A DNA stretch of 63,221 nt, counting the filler, from Bigelowiella natans CCMP2755 (Eukaryota; Protista; Cercozoa), in assembly GCA_000320545.1 (NCBI GenBank). It is 5 parts of 5 records of this genome, joined end to end, with 100 filler letters (N's around TTAATTAATTAA, not from the genome) between each part and the next. Parts side by side here need not be neighbours in the genome. Positions count along the whole stretch, not along the records: positions 1 to 28,579 come from ADNK01002765.1; positions 28,680 to 41,516 come from ADNK01000990.1; 3 more parts are not named here. One strand, 5' to 3'. Below are positions 21,569-34,503 of the stretch, in pieces. The first letter of the stretch is position 1, and every line of letters starts with the position of its first letter. The position numbers and the translations under genes are program-made. The notes under the pieces are model-generated. The model ran no database searches. It saw nothing but the letters and a program-made list of their open reading frames with translations, and had not been told where the DNA came from.

Positions 21569-24500
21569 TACTTTGTGCGCACTCGATATGCACATATATT
21601 ATATTTTATATATCGATATTCATATATTCTTTTATATGTATAAATGTAAATCATATTATCTACACATAAACATGAGTACAAATATTTGAAACGTAGATAA
21701 TACAATTTATGACCAACTCTTAGGGGCATTATCAACTGAATATGGGCAAGGAAAGCGTGAACGTGATGATTCTGGAGTCAGCGTTCAGTGAGCGAAAAAT
21801 CCCAATCCTCTTTGGTATTTCGTCATTTGCAAAAAATGTTCCGACTCAATGGTCATGATATAATAATTTCAGGTTTAAACCGCAGCAGTTTTATAAAGTA
21901 TAACAATGATCAGACCCAGACCAACAATGAAAGCACAAATCAACAGGTCAGTAAAGTCTTGTTCTTGAAATTCACACATCCAAACTATCTTAGTTCAGAA
22001 GTGGCACTTAAAAACAGGGAGGAAAGAGGATATATATTGAGAAGGAATATCTCAGCATTATTGAAATGCAAATATCAAAAGACAGTGAATTTCTCAAGTC
22101 ACAGGTCATTATGCCTCGTAAGATGAAGTTATTAGTATATGTAAATATTGTCGCTATACTATAGGCCATAGTGAACTACAGTCTCATTATTGGTGGTCGA
22201 GTACATACTATGGACGACACAAAGTTGGTCACATTATCTTCGCCTAAATCAAACACGAAAATCCTCCGGCGAAAAACTCCTTCACAGTTCTCCAGGTATG
22301 CGAAATACGAGACACTTGTGCGGAATATGAGATATTTGAGCTCGATATACCATAAAGATTTTTCAAGCTATCTGAAGCTGCCTTTCTTATGTAACGCGCT
22401 TTCTTATGTAACGTCTAACTTGTTTTGCTTCTTAGATCAATTCCATACTCTGACCATTCGCCTCCCAACGTTCGTCCAATTTTGGGATCCTCCAAATTAA
22501 AGCTTCCTTCTTCAACACTTCCTACTATTCCGAACAGTATCCCTAATAACTACCATCATCGACCCCGCAACTGTCGAAGAAGTGCTAGAAGTCGGGGGAA
22601 TTCTCCTACAGAGGCGCTAGTATTTTTCCAATCACAAAAATCACAGATAGAAATTATTTCTTCTTTATCTGAATATATTTACCTTTATCCAGCATCATCG
22701 CAACAATTCCTCCCCCAATACATTGGAGGCGTTTGCGGTGCAACAACTGAAATCACACTCGTCCCGAAGACAAAATTCTCCAGATAAATCCTTCCAAGGT
22801 GATGTTTGCTCGTAGATTTTATTTTCGAATAACTTTACCTCGATCCCTTTCAGGATTTGTTCGACCTGGTGGGTACTCATCCAAATCGAGTATCAGTAGA
22901 CATAAGCCCTCTATTTATGGAATATCGAAGTCCAGCATAACAAGACACAGGCCTTCTGTTTATGATGCATCCAACTCTAGTATTCTTCAATCTAAGTCCA
23001 GCGTTGTAACGCATAGAGCATCGCTTTATTCAAGGCATTCACCTTCAATCTACGCAAACGATACTGCCAATGATAATTCCTACCCGCATCGAACTATGAG
23101 CCATCATGCAGATGGCAAGGAGAAAATATTGCATTCACCTTACTCAAGCGGTGAAGGACATAACCAAATGATCAACAATAATATTACGAGAGTCTCCTCG
23201 ACACTTCTCGGCTTACCCTCACTCCCGCACAGTCCGATGCAGTCGCCTTCCGTCTCAATTCTCTCTACATCTAAAATGATTCCTCCACCAAACTCAGAGG
23301 TATTCTTGCAATTTATCCATGTAATACCCATTCGATATTTACACTTGGGTTTGTGTCAGATTCGAAGTAGGGTTATTTTGCGCAGTCGCGGGGAAAGAGT
23401 GGATGCGGTTGACGGCGAAGATTTAGTGAAAAGTGTTTTTTTATCAACGCATGCTATTCTACCATCTCTTGTCGTTCCTAATGACGAAGACTCACCTCCT
23501 GTATCCCCGGAGAGGAACAATAAAAAGCATATACTTCGTAAAAGTCAGTTACAACTTCAACGATGCCAAGTACTACTGATATCGAAAATAGAGTAACCCC
23601 AATTGTATTGTATATGTATTTCTTAGACGGGTCCTGTCAAGGAAATCTTAATAGCACGAGCAGCCTGGCACAATGTATACACTCTGTCAGTCATATATCT
23701 ACACCTTCTCTTGTCGAGCAAGTAACGCCTCCGCCCTCAACATCGAATCTGCGTGTAAGCGATATTATTGCCGAAAGCAGCATTGCCAACCTTGGAATAG
23801 AAAATAGCGCTGGAAGTACCATAGAGTATGGAGTTAAAAATCGGATTACTGAATACTTTGGGGAATATCATAAGAAATGTACCGTTGACAATAATGAAGA
23901 ACCCGTAGATTCTCTCAAATCGCCCCTTCCAATCTCATTCCAGGTATTTATACCCTCCATTGCATATGCTTTTCTATTAATATGCCATAAAAAAAATGCA
24001 ATTATTCTAATACAAAGGCATTGGAACTTCAAGATGCAAAGTCACAAAAAGCTTCGCAAAGGAGCAATGTATTGCCAAGGAAAGCTAAAATTCTAAAGAG
24101 GCTTAAGGGCCGAAGTGCTAGTGTTGGCAGTGTTGGAGATATTATTGGCAGTGGTTTACAAATGAGGGCAGGCTATGGGGGCAAAATAATCTCACAATCT
24201 CGCTCAAAGGTTAGCTTACATAATGTTACTATAACTAGAAAACTGTAGTGGTTATTAAATTCAGTTAAATTTTCATCAGACCACTTCACGTAGTCGATCC
24301 TACGGTCATAATCGTACAAACAGCTCTTCAAATATTACTACCAGTACCGTTACTAGAGGTAGCATGGTTTCAAGTCGTTCCTCTTTGTCAAGACGAAATA
24401 ATAATCTCCACAACGACAGAAGATCCCTGCGAGTTTTCTCTGTCTCTGACAACTGTGACATTGAACTAATTGTTCGGATAGTTGACATTTTGGACCGAGG

Positions 24501-24928
24501 AGAATTGAACACTTTATTGTCCCACGGAACAGATGCAACTGTGTCCGATGCGAGTGAAAAATACTCCGTCAAATTTCAGAAAAATTTTAAAAAAATTATC
24601 GAAAAACATGTTAGGTCTTCATGATCATCATCATGGCATCAACATTACATTTCTTATACAAATTATTAACATCACAATGTGAACACTTTACCTATTTTAC
24701 AAGAAAATTATTAGTTGAATCAGCATTGGTCTACATCGTATTGCTGAAGACAATATTTCTTCAGCTGTGCAATACGCGCTTTGGTCAAACCCCATGACAA
24801 ATGAAAAATTTTTAATGACAAAGTTCATGGATGCTGTAGTGCCATCTGCCATCGAGAACAGTAGCTGGACGGATGACACCACCAATTTTGTCTCGAAATT
24901 GCAAAGCTCTGCTATGAGACGATTGTAA
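20438..24928 (+). CDS. Phosphatidylinositol-phosphate kinase (PIP5K)-fold protein with degenerate catalytic motifs and a very large Ser-rich insert
   Basis: Ordered PIPK landmarks across exons: AFHPTLFKEIREMFNL, FFTLNKENFLIKTI, ESQLLHSLTQPYSGHMKKNKESFLQKILG|HY, VMILESAF and FLKSQ|AIVNYSLIIG. After the insert come LIVRIVDIL and KYSVKFQ. The start is tentative. Confidence 0.72.
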
Positions 24929-24949
24929 TGAATTGATCAATTTTTTCAA

Positions 24950-25770
24950 TCGAAAGTGCCGCTATCTAGCTATGATTCATGATCTCCTTTCCTAGTCACA
25001 TGCAAACTGGCATGCAAAGATGCTCCAGTGGTGGACACGAGTGAAATTTGAGCTACCTAGCTAGAGAAATTTCTAGATTTGTGAGTTTTTTAGATTTGGC
25101 AAATCCATGCAAGTGCAAAAGTCTGAATGTGCTGCTAGCTAACTAGACTCTAGGACTGCAGATTGCAAGTCACTGATGTGTAGATGGCTAGATGGAGATG
25201 AGATGTGTGCTCAGGACTACTCTGGCTAGCTAGCTAGCTAGCACCAACTAGCCAAATGAAGGCAACATTGGAAATCGCAAGCATCTCTAGCAAGCTAGCC
25301 ACAGTGGCGCGCATGCTAGCATGGCATGCTGAACAACATGCCAGTCTAGCAGTCGTTCCAGTCTAGTCAGGTAATGATAGACATGTAATGCACAATGTGC
25401 ATGATATGCATAGTGCATTGCTGTGTCTATCATGGTAGGCCAAGCTAGCAAGTGCCGCTTTGCACCGACAAGACTTTCAATGCATACTAGCATGCTAGCA
25501 TGGCTCGATGACAGCCAACTAGCTAATAGCACATTTGCATTTGCTAGAGCAACACAAAAGTTTGCAAGTACAACAACGTAAAGAGATGGACAATTTTGAG
25601 GGTGGTCTAGATGAGAAAAACCATCACAAACTAGATCCTTTACATCATTTTGTGCAGATCTCACATCGTACAAATAAAATGTATGTCTAAACATCCTGTC
25701 GTAGTTTGATAGTTAGATGGTTTGAATTGAGACATTTTATCACTTAGTATGCTATCAAACTAGCATGGAT
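24950..25770. repeat. CTAG/TGCA/CATG-rich low-complexity intergenic spacer
   Basis: Same composition as the 17700-18350 spacer, between the convergent PIP5K-like and PI4K genes. Confidence 0.75.
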
Positions 25771-26604
25771 AAGGAACATACCTTACGCATAAATCAGATT
25801 ATTTTTGTAAAAGTTCTTTTCTGGACAATTTGTCGACGCTACCGAGCCACATAGAATCTCGCCGGTCTTAAAATGCGAACCGGGCAAAGATCTTGCGCAA
25901 TATCCGAAATGTAGTATTCATTTTTGTTGAATAGATAAGCCTTACGTTGGCTCTCAACCATGCATCCCCCAGTTTATACCGATGATATCCCGTAGGGATG
26001 GCGGCTCCATATTTTTAAAATAACTAACGTGATTCAATTGTTACATTACTATTTTCTGAATTGTCCTATCGATGATACGCGATGTGATGCAGAGAAAAAT
26101 CCTACAAAACAAAATTCTGTCAACACAAAACGAAATGCCAATCCTCGCACAAATCATGCTTTCGGAACTTACACGCGCAAGTTCGCATACACGCATACCT
26201 GGCAGGACGGTTCCACCTCAAATCCCATTCATTGTGAATCCGGTGCTTTCTGCTTAACATCATTTCCAGAGCGTCGTGTTGCATGCTATTGAACGCCCCG
26301 CTCCCCATTATCTTCCTCCTCCTCGACGCTATTTTCTGCTGCTTCTCCTGACTGAACAGAGATGCGGCTAAACGGTTCCTACCACCGCTACCTTTGCTGA
26401 AATTAATCTTTTTCCGTTTCTCCTTCCGTATCTCACACGTCTTCAAAGGACGGAGGAGGCGGGGGTGCGCAATCGGATATAGTTTCCTCTTCGAGTGGCC
26501 TAGTAGACACAATGGTGAGTGCACAAGCATGAGGCATGAAAGCAAGGGGGGAAGGTGCTCAGGCACCACAACATCTACATATTACTGCTCGGGTGATGGT
26601 GAGA

Positions 26605-27523
26605 TCAACGAGGTAGGCTACCCAAGCATTGCTGAATGCTGAGTGTCCTTGAGAAAGACGGGAGCTTTGCCTGTGAAGTCTTCTCAGAGAGGAAACGGCT
26701 CATCAGCAGCCTTCTCTTCTGCACGCTCCTACTGCCCTTCGATTTCACATCATCAGCTTCTCCTTTGGTAGCTTGAAACGATGACGTAGACGACCCCATT
26801 TCATGGAGGGAACTATGATCTTCTATCCGCTTGATGACATATCCTTCCTCTTCCCCCTTCTCCTCTTCCTCCTCAAGCCCCCCCCCCCTGTTCAAAGGGC
26901 TGCACTGCCTGCTGTCTCTACTCGCTCCCTTCCTTCTCCCAATGGCCTCCTCGTGTTCTAGAAGTGCCTCGGAGACTATATTCTCCAAAACGGAGGGGGA
27001 TTCCCCAACTCCCTGACGCTGGATCATGTCGCCGATCTCCGAAAGGGTCATCCCCGCGGAGACGCAGCGCTGCAAAAATAGCGTGGTGATGACGACGGTA
27101 ATGGCGCACTCCTCTGGGATGCCGAGGCGAATCAGCACCGAGGCATCGAAGAATGGGTCAAGCGATAAAACATAATCCTTCGTTTCCTCGGAGAACGGTT
27201 CTCTTGCCTGTCGCCAGTACAGCCACTCGAAATTTGCGTCGGACAGCTAAAGAAGTGGGAAGGGGGCCGGGGGGGAGGGGGGGGGGGACAGGGGACAGAA
27301 CGGAAGAGAAATCAGCGAGTCTTTCAATATAGCACACCGCCATTGAATATGATTTTTGGGAATAAATCGATAGGCTGCACGCATGAGGAGTACGTACCTG
27401 CCTGAAGTTTGGAAGAGTGTAGGCGTGGTCAATAGGGACGAGTTTCATCGTCGCAGCTTTCCTCGTCTTCTTCGCCTTCTTCTTATCATCACCATGTTGC
27501 CTTGATGTAGTAGCGGCAGCAGC

Positions 27524-27555
<32 letters not shown>

Positions 27556-28499
27556 CAGAAGTAGTAGAAGTAGTAGAGAAGGAGGTGGAGGCCGAGGAGG
27601 ACGGGGAGGTATTGCACCTGCTTCTACTCACACTGCTGCTTTCCGTGGAAGTGGATACGCTATCACCAAACTCCATGTCTACGGCGGCAAGAGCAGGATT
27701 TCGAGGGGTCGCTTCCTTACCCTCCCCCCCCCCCCTTCCAAGCTCCTCGTCGCCGCCTCCTTTGCAGGGGGAAACGAGGAGGTTGCCGAGATGACGATCC
27801 ATATTGAATAGCCTGATATCCAATATACCGATTCTGTGGACGTTCTCGCGATCGAATGCGCTGCTACCGTACTCATCAGCGCTCCCAACGTTGGAAACAT
27901 AGGCCTGGACACTTCCGACCTGAGAAGGGGGGGGAGAGAAGAAGAAGAAGAAGAAGAAGAAGAAGAAGGAAAAGAAGGAGAAATCAGCTTACGATCGGAA
28001 ATAAGAATCCTAAATCCCTGGAAGGGACTGCTACACATACGATATAAAACGTTTCTCTCTCTAACCCTTTCTCTCTCTCCCTCTCTCTTTCCCTCCTCCG
28101 TGATCATAACTCCCCGTGTTCTTACGTCTCCCTCACTCCACCCTCACACAGCGTTGGGACTGACCTTCCCAGCGTTCTGCGAGACGTTAAACCGCTGCTT
28201 GACGAGCCTTATACAGGGGTTGTTATCAGCGAAGAGGCGGCATTCGTACCAGTGCTGCGTGCCTCCTTTCTGCTTGCTCGCTGCAAGGTGAGGCTTGCAG
28301 AGGATGATGGTGGGCACGATGAAAGCGATGTACTAACTCCTTCCTTTCTATCTGCAACGCTGCTGGCTGGGTTATCATTCTTGTCCAAGCTCTGTTCTCG
28401 CTCTCCCCCCCCCCTCGGCCTCCTCCTCCTCCTCATCTTTGGACTGCAGTCCTCTTGTCGTTTTTCGCTCAAGATTCGAACAAGTTTCTGGATCTCCAT
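26605..28499 (-). CDS. Type II phosphatidylinositol 4-kinase (PI4K gamma-like), partial
   Basis: GSVQAYV, VHRIGILDIRLFNMDRHLGNLLV (catalytic DRH..N), LVPIDHAYTLP, FEWLYWRQAREPFS and AGMTLSEIG. The 5' part is cut by the contig end, and further 3' exons toward ~25785 are possible. Confidence 0.85.
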
Positions 28500-28579
28500 C
28501 CTGTTCCAAGGGGGGGGGGGGGGGGGGAAGGGGGCGAATAATCAGTAGTAACATTAAGAGTGTAATCCTAAGTGTTTTA

Positions 28580-28679
28580 NNNNNNNNNNNNNNNNNNNNN
28601 NNNNNNNNNNNNNNNNNNNNNNNTTAATTAATTAANNNNNNNNNNNNNNNNNNNNNNNNNNNNNNNNNNNNNNNNNNNN
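28580..28679. other. Artificial contig linker
   Basis: N44-TTAATTAATTAA-N44, which places stop codons in all six frames. Confidence 0.97.
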
Positions 28680-28717
28680 GAAGCCGCGCCCTGCGATTGG
28701 GGGGGAATAATGCCGAT

Positions 28718-28752
<35 letters not shown>

Positions 28753-28847
28753 TGATGGTGATGAATCAACTAAAATGGACGAGGAAGGAGGAGAAAAGGC
28801 GAGATGGCGGCGCGTTGGGCGCTTGAGCGCCTCCAGCACGTCACACC

Positions 28848-29246
28848 TGTGATCTCCCTCATCTGATTCACGAGCGCGACGAAGTTGACCTACGGCGGTA
28901 TATCATCGTCGGCTATGGATGGTTTGTGACAATGGGATCGTTGCGCGCAACTTGGGAAGCTACCCCCACACGCTCGCACCTCCGGCGAAGATGAATGCAT
29001 ATGAGAGCGAGCATGGACGCGTGCTGCATGCATATGTGCACAAAACTCGCATGATCGATGCTGTCGCTCGGTCGCTGTTTCCTTGGTCATACCACGTCGC
29101 TGACTCTGCTCGCGATGTGCTGAATCCCTGCCAGGAGTCCCGACGACGACGACGACGACGATCATAGCAGGAGGGGGGGGGAGGGGGGATGGACGGGTAG
29201 CGTATCCGTACAAACGTATAAACACACATATGTATAATCAGGAAAT

Positions 29247-29289
<43 letters not shown>

Positions 29290-29473
29290 GATGATGATGA
29301 TAGTTCATAGAGGGGTTTAACTTCTGGCCAATGATTGAAGAGAGAAACCTAAGCTGCTGTGGAATTCATCCACTCCTCCCTCCCCACCCCCTCCCCTGCT
29401 CCCTCGTTTTCAGTATTATAATGATAATTTCCTATGATATTACAATGCACGGAAAACAACTCCCTCTTCTTCT

Positions 29474-29515
<42 letters not shown>

Positions 29516-29726
29516 ATCCCCCCCCCCCCCCCCTTCCCACCTTGCCCCATCTGGTTCAGGAACAGATGCACGTGCCCAACCGTCGAGAGAGCGTTGTTTA
29601 TCGGAAGATACACCTATCGTCGTAGCAGCAGCAATGGGAGGACGGGCGGAGAACAACCCACATTTTGCTTATACCCGCTGTCACCATCATCCTCATTACC
29701 ATTCTCTTTGTTTCACACATATATTA

Positions 29727-29759
<33 letters not shown>

Positions 29760-30815
29760 TGTAATATTAGCACCTGGTCATGCGATTTTAGCGCATGTTC
29801 AATGGACGTTAGCGGTTGAGAGTTGTTCCCCGTAACAGTACCTAGTAAGCAAGATGGGGGGGAGGGGGGGGGAAGACGATAAAAACGACGAAATATACTC
29901 AATTCATTCACGTATTTTTGCCTCTATTTCTCCATAGAGTATTGCCTCATAATGACCAAAATACACGCCGTCAATTATACCGCCCCCCCCGCCCCCCCCG
30001 CCCCCCCACTCCTCCTCCCTTCAAAAGCGTACTTTCGATAATAGCCTCGCCGGCCGCAACGACACCGGCATTGAAGTCAACCTAAGAGAGAGTCACACGC
30101 GCATATAATGGCTGATGGTTGTTTGTAGCCGCGCATTTCTTTCCTGCTATTGAACAAAATCAAACTACACACACAAACACAAACACATGCCACGATCGGT
30201 GCGCGGGGGGGAAGGGGGTAGCCGTCACCTTGGGGGTGAATCCAAGGACGTCGTTGAGCGTCTGCAGGAAGCGCTTGCGATGGTACACGTTGGAGACCTT
30301 CGCACAGACGAATAATCATCATCATCATAAGCAGCGGCATATATAAGCAGCAGCATATATCAATATTTATATAAAACACAAACGGCATTCACACTCACGC
30401 ACGCACGCATACAAATAGACTTACCCAGTGGTCGCAATAGGCTGGATATACTAGTTCTGGGTACTCTGCGTTCACGGGGGAGAGGCCAGGAAGAAAGCGA
30501 TGAGGAGCGTCTCCGGAGATCTCAAAGAACCTTTTAGGATTGGGACGAGGAGGGAGAGGATTTTGAGCTAATCTAAAGATGCAGCATCGGTCGTCTTCTA
30601 TGGATGATCGATGATCTATGTCATGTTATATTGTTGTTGTTGTTGTTGTTGATGATGATGATGATGGTGAAAATGCTTCTACAGCACACTACGGCCGACC
30701 TGATGACGGTGCCGGGGTCCGCTTTCTCCCCGTCCTTTGCATAGTACGCGTACATCTCTCCCACCATATACTCGCCTTGTTTGTTTAATTTTTGTTTAAA
30801 AACAATGACGACGAG

Positions 30816-30858
<43 letters not shown>

Positions 30859-30912
30859 CGTTGACATATTGTATATGCAATAGAGCTCATTGTTGGAAAT
30901 GTATTCTGACGA

Positions 30913-30944
<32 letters not shown>

Positions 30945-30979
30945 ATGATGAAAAGCACCGGTGATGACGATGGGAGACT

Positions 30980-31022
<43 letters not shown>

Positions 31023-31150
31023 GCGTGGGGAGGATATTACCGTTTCCAACCGAGTACTTCTTCGGCCCATCATCATCGGGATGGACGAGGAGTCCTGGGT
31101 GCATCTTTGCATATCTTTGTCATTGTTATAAGGCAGCATGAGAAGAAAAG

Positions 31151-31198
<48 letters not shown>

Positions 31199-32236
31199 TC
31201 GTGAGCATTTGTTGGGAGCCTATTTATTCATTTAGGTATCTATTCACTTAGATCTTATTCAAACAATAGCCTTCTCTCTCTCGCATCATTACTTCTGCAT
31301 GATTTCTTTCAGGCCTCCGGGAGATACGACTTCAAACCTTTCCGTCACAGCAGTGTCAGATATCTGTCGTCGTTGTTGTTGTTATGGTTGTTGCATGCTC
31401 AATGTTCCGAGCAGGAGGAAGGGAGGGAGGGGAGGAGGCGAGAGAGGACAATCTCTGGAAACTGAATGGAGTATAACCCGAGCACAGCCACTCCTGCCCT
31501 TCCAGCATGTGCTTTGTAAAAGCGGTTGATCTGGATTGTGTGTGCCCGTTCCACCAATCGAATGGAGGAGGAGGGGGGGGAGTAGGAAGAGTGGTTTATG
31601 TCAACAAGCGGCAGCAATCAATGTTTTGCGACCTCTGCTGGGATGTGGTGGTATTGGAAATGTGCACAATCTATTCTGCCCCCTCCCCCCCGCTGTCACT
31701 CGTCTTCTCTCCGCTCCACACGTATATGCGTGTCCGCGCGTTTGTATGAATAAATGTAAACTGTAACTATATATGAATGCATGCATGCATTCGAGCGCGT
31801 ATGATCTCTGCTCGAGTGCGCTTGGGATGATGGTTCTACATGGGATGCAGAGAAGTGATTTGGAACAGGAGACGACTCCCTCGTAGTAGCAGCCTCCCGA
31901 CGGCTAGTAACAACAAACTTCACGCCCTGAGCCGCAAAATAACCGTCGTTCAATCGAAATACGTCGAATCTCGGCGGAGAAAACAAACGCAACGGAATGT
32001 GCAGGAAGGGAAATCTGCCTGTCAAGCTACAAATGCTGCAATCGGGCCGCCTCCCCCGGTGCCTCCCGCGCTTTCCCCTTTCTTGTGCCGGTTAACCACC
32101 TTTGGGTCCCGGGGAGCGATAAGCACGGATGCTGTTTCCGCACATTCGTGGTGTGCAATCACACGCCAACTCGCGCCGATAATGAGCTGCAAGACCAATG
32201 TATTATATACATAAAATATATATAGATATAGATATA

Positions 32237-32274
<38 letters not shown>

Positions 32275-32700
32275 ACGCGCACGCGCGCTCGCAAAATTCG
32301 GTAGGCTTCATGTGGGTTTGACCTGTTCCACAAGATCCTGGCCGCTTGATGTGAACGCTTTCGGATCTTTCAGGGGCGTTGAACAGGTATCCTTCCAGAT
32401 TTTCCTTGCAGCCTCACACTCTGGACGCTTAGCGTCGCTGTAGCCTTTCGCAAACGCTGTAGAGTCCTTCTCCAGAGTCTTATACGTCTCTGTGGATAAC
32501 GATGGAAGGGACGGCGAAAGCACCGACACGCAGGAACAATAAGTAACACCAATTGCGGATCTTGCACAGTAGAGTCTACATAAACGAGGTGTCCCCCCCC
32601 TCACCCCTCCTTCCATCCCCGCGTGCTCACCTAGGCTCTGCAGCTTGTCAACATAGAATTGGACGTGGTTGTACACCAGTGAATCACCAAGGATCGGCAT
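28848..32700 (-). CDS. 4-hydroxyphenylpyruvate dioxygenase-like (VOC/glyoxalase fold) protein, 3' truncated
   Basis: NHVQFYV, FYKAHAGRAGVAVLG, AYCDHW|VSNV..LGFTPK|VDFNAGVVAAGEAIIEST|VTGNN and VYLPINNAL..HVHLFLNQMGQG|IQHIASRV. These match the HPPD DHxVxN and GxQHIA iron-ligand motifs. Confidence 0.78.
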
Positions 32701-33063
32701 GGGACGCAGGGGGCGGCAGTACGGGGAGGAGGAGGGAGGTATTGAGGTGTGCATCCCGAAGGAAGATCTTTTCGGAGAAAAAACCGCACGGACTTACACA
32801 ATATTTACGGGTAAAATCATTGTCGCATCACGACGATCGCCTTCGTTCTGGCCCGACCCCCAAGGAAGGGGGGGTACCAGTACCACTGATCGATTTTTCT
32901 TTGATATTCTCGGGTATCCCGGATATTATCGGGACATTGACGGATTCGCCACATCGACGGCTCTGCGACATCGAAAAACGGAGCGGAAAAGGTTGTCGCA
33001 TAGTAGTTTCCCCCACGTATTTTTCCTATGCCGAATTGCCCCCGAGGGATACTCGCATGGGGG

Positions 33064-33673
33064 ATGGATGGCGGAGGCGAGTGTGTCGGGAAGATCTCGG
33101 AGCTGGCAAAGGCAAAGAACGGCCTGTTGCGGGTTGAGGTACGTATTGTTCGTCGTCATTTCTCCAGCAACCCCGCGACCCTGGGCCGTCTTGTGTAGGT
33201 TTCCCAAAGCAGGAGTAAGATCCCGAGGCAGGTGCTGCTAGTCCTGGACAAGAAGGACGGCGGCAATGTAAGCGAGGTGCCAAAGGCGCCTGCCCACCAA
33301 AATCATTTCAATTCTCGCTAATTGTTCAGGTTTATGCTCTGGATGGAAGATGCTTCCACGCCGGGGCTCCGCTGGAGCTGTCGGACATTGAAGATGTGCG
33401 TTATTTGCTTTTTATGTTGATTTATATTTAATGTCCAATTGCGCGCCACCATTCATTCTTATGCATTACTACCTGGGGAGCAAGATTGGAGGCCGGTCGT
33501 GCTTGCGCTGCCCAATGCACAGCTACCGAATCGACATCAAGACAGGAGAGCACATTCTTGGAGGGGCCAACGATAAGAAGAAGCATGGAATAAAGGTGGT
33601 GATATTTGCCGTCCCTAAGACCTCATCCTAGCGCACGTTAGTGGTATTTTCTTGTTTCATATATGTATATATA

Positions 33674-33723
<50 letters not shown>

Positions 33724-34503
33724 TGAAGTTTATGAATATATTATGTTTATAAATACATATTTACATATCAAGCATACGCGTACGCATAAACAAATACTGC
33801 ACCCCCCCCCTGTCCCTTCTTTGGGAACGTATAGAAGGTCAAATCGAGGGGTGTGTGCCAGAGGACCCACAATGTAAGAGTCGACTCACAAGGTGGCGAT
33901 GAGCAATACTACGTCGTGTATACTACTTCATCCTGAAATTGGGCAAAATGGATTAGTTGTGAAGGGAACTCGCGCTCACGACTCGGTGTTTTTCAGTGAT
34001 GATGATGAATGCGAACGCTTCCGCTCGATGATATGGAAATCATGGCTAATATCAGCATACATGTTATGCCATTGAGAAAAGAGAGACTTTCGCGACATGT
34101 CCTTTTTTACGATAGGGAACATTTACGTGGAGCTGGACGAACCGAAGCGCGACAAGTCAAAAGATAAAAGTAAGTACCGCAGTCATCGTCGAGAGATCAA
34201 CGCTATCGTATCAACTCAATCTATTAAATTATTATTTACTACATTGGCTCATTTCCGCCCTCGATGTTATAGCGGATGTATCTCACAAAACGCACACTGG
34301 ATCACAGCTCATGAGTCCAATGTGGCACTATGCGTAATGATAATAAAGCAGGCCTGTCTGTTATACAAAAAAATGATGACGGTGCGGACGGGCAACAGCC
34401 AGCACAGAAATTCGACTCAATAGAGACATTTGAGATTGCTTCTGATCGATACGCTACCACACGAGATGAGGATCCTCCCAAGACTTTCACTTTCACATTT
34501 TAG
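33064..34503 (+). CDS. Rieske [2Fe-2S] domain-containing protein (RFESD-like)
   Basis: MDGGGECVGKISEL, VYALDGRCFHAGAPL (CxH), DIED|IGGRSCLRCPMHSYRIDIKTGE (CxxH), QRTHNVRV, GNIYVEL and ASDRYA. Confidence 0.87.
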
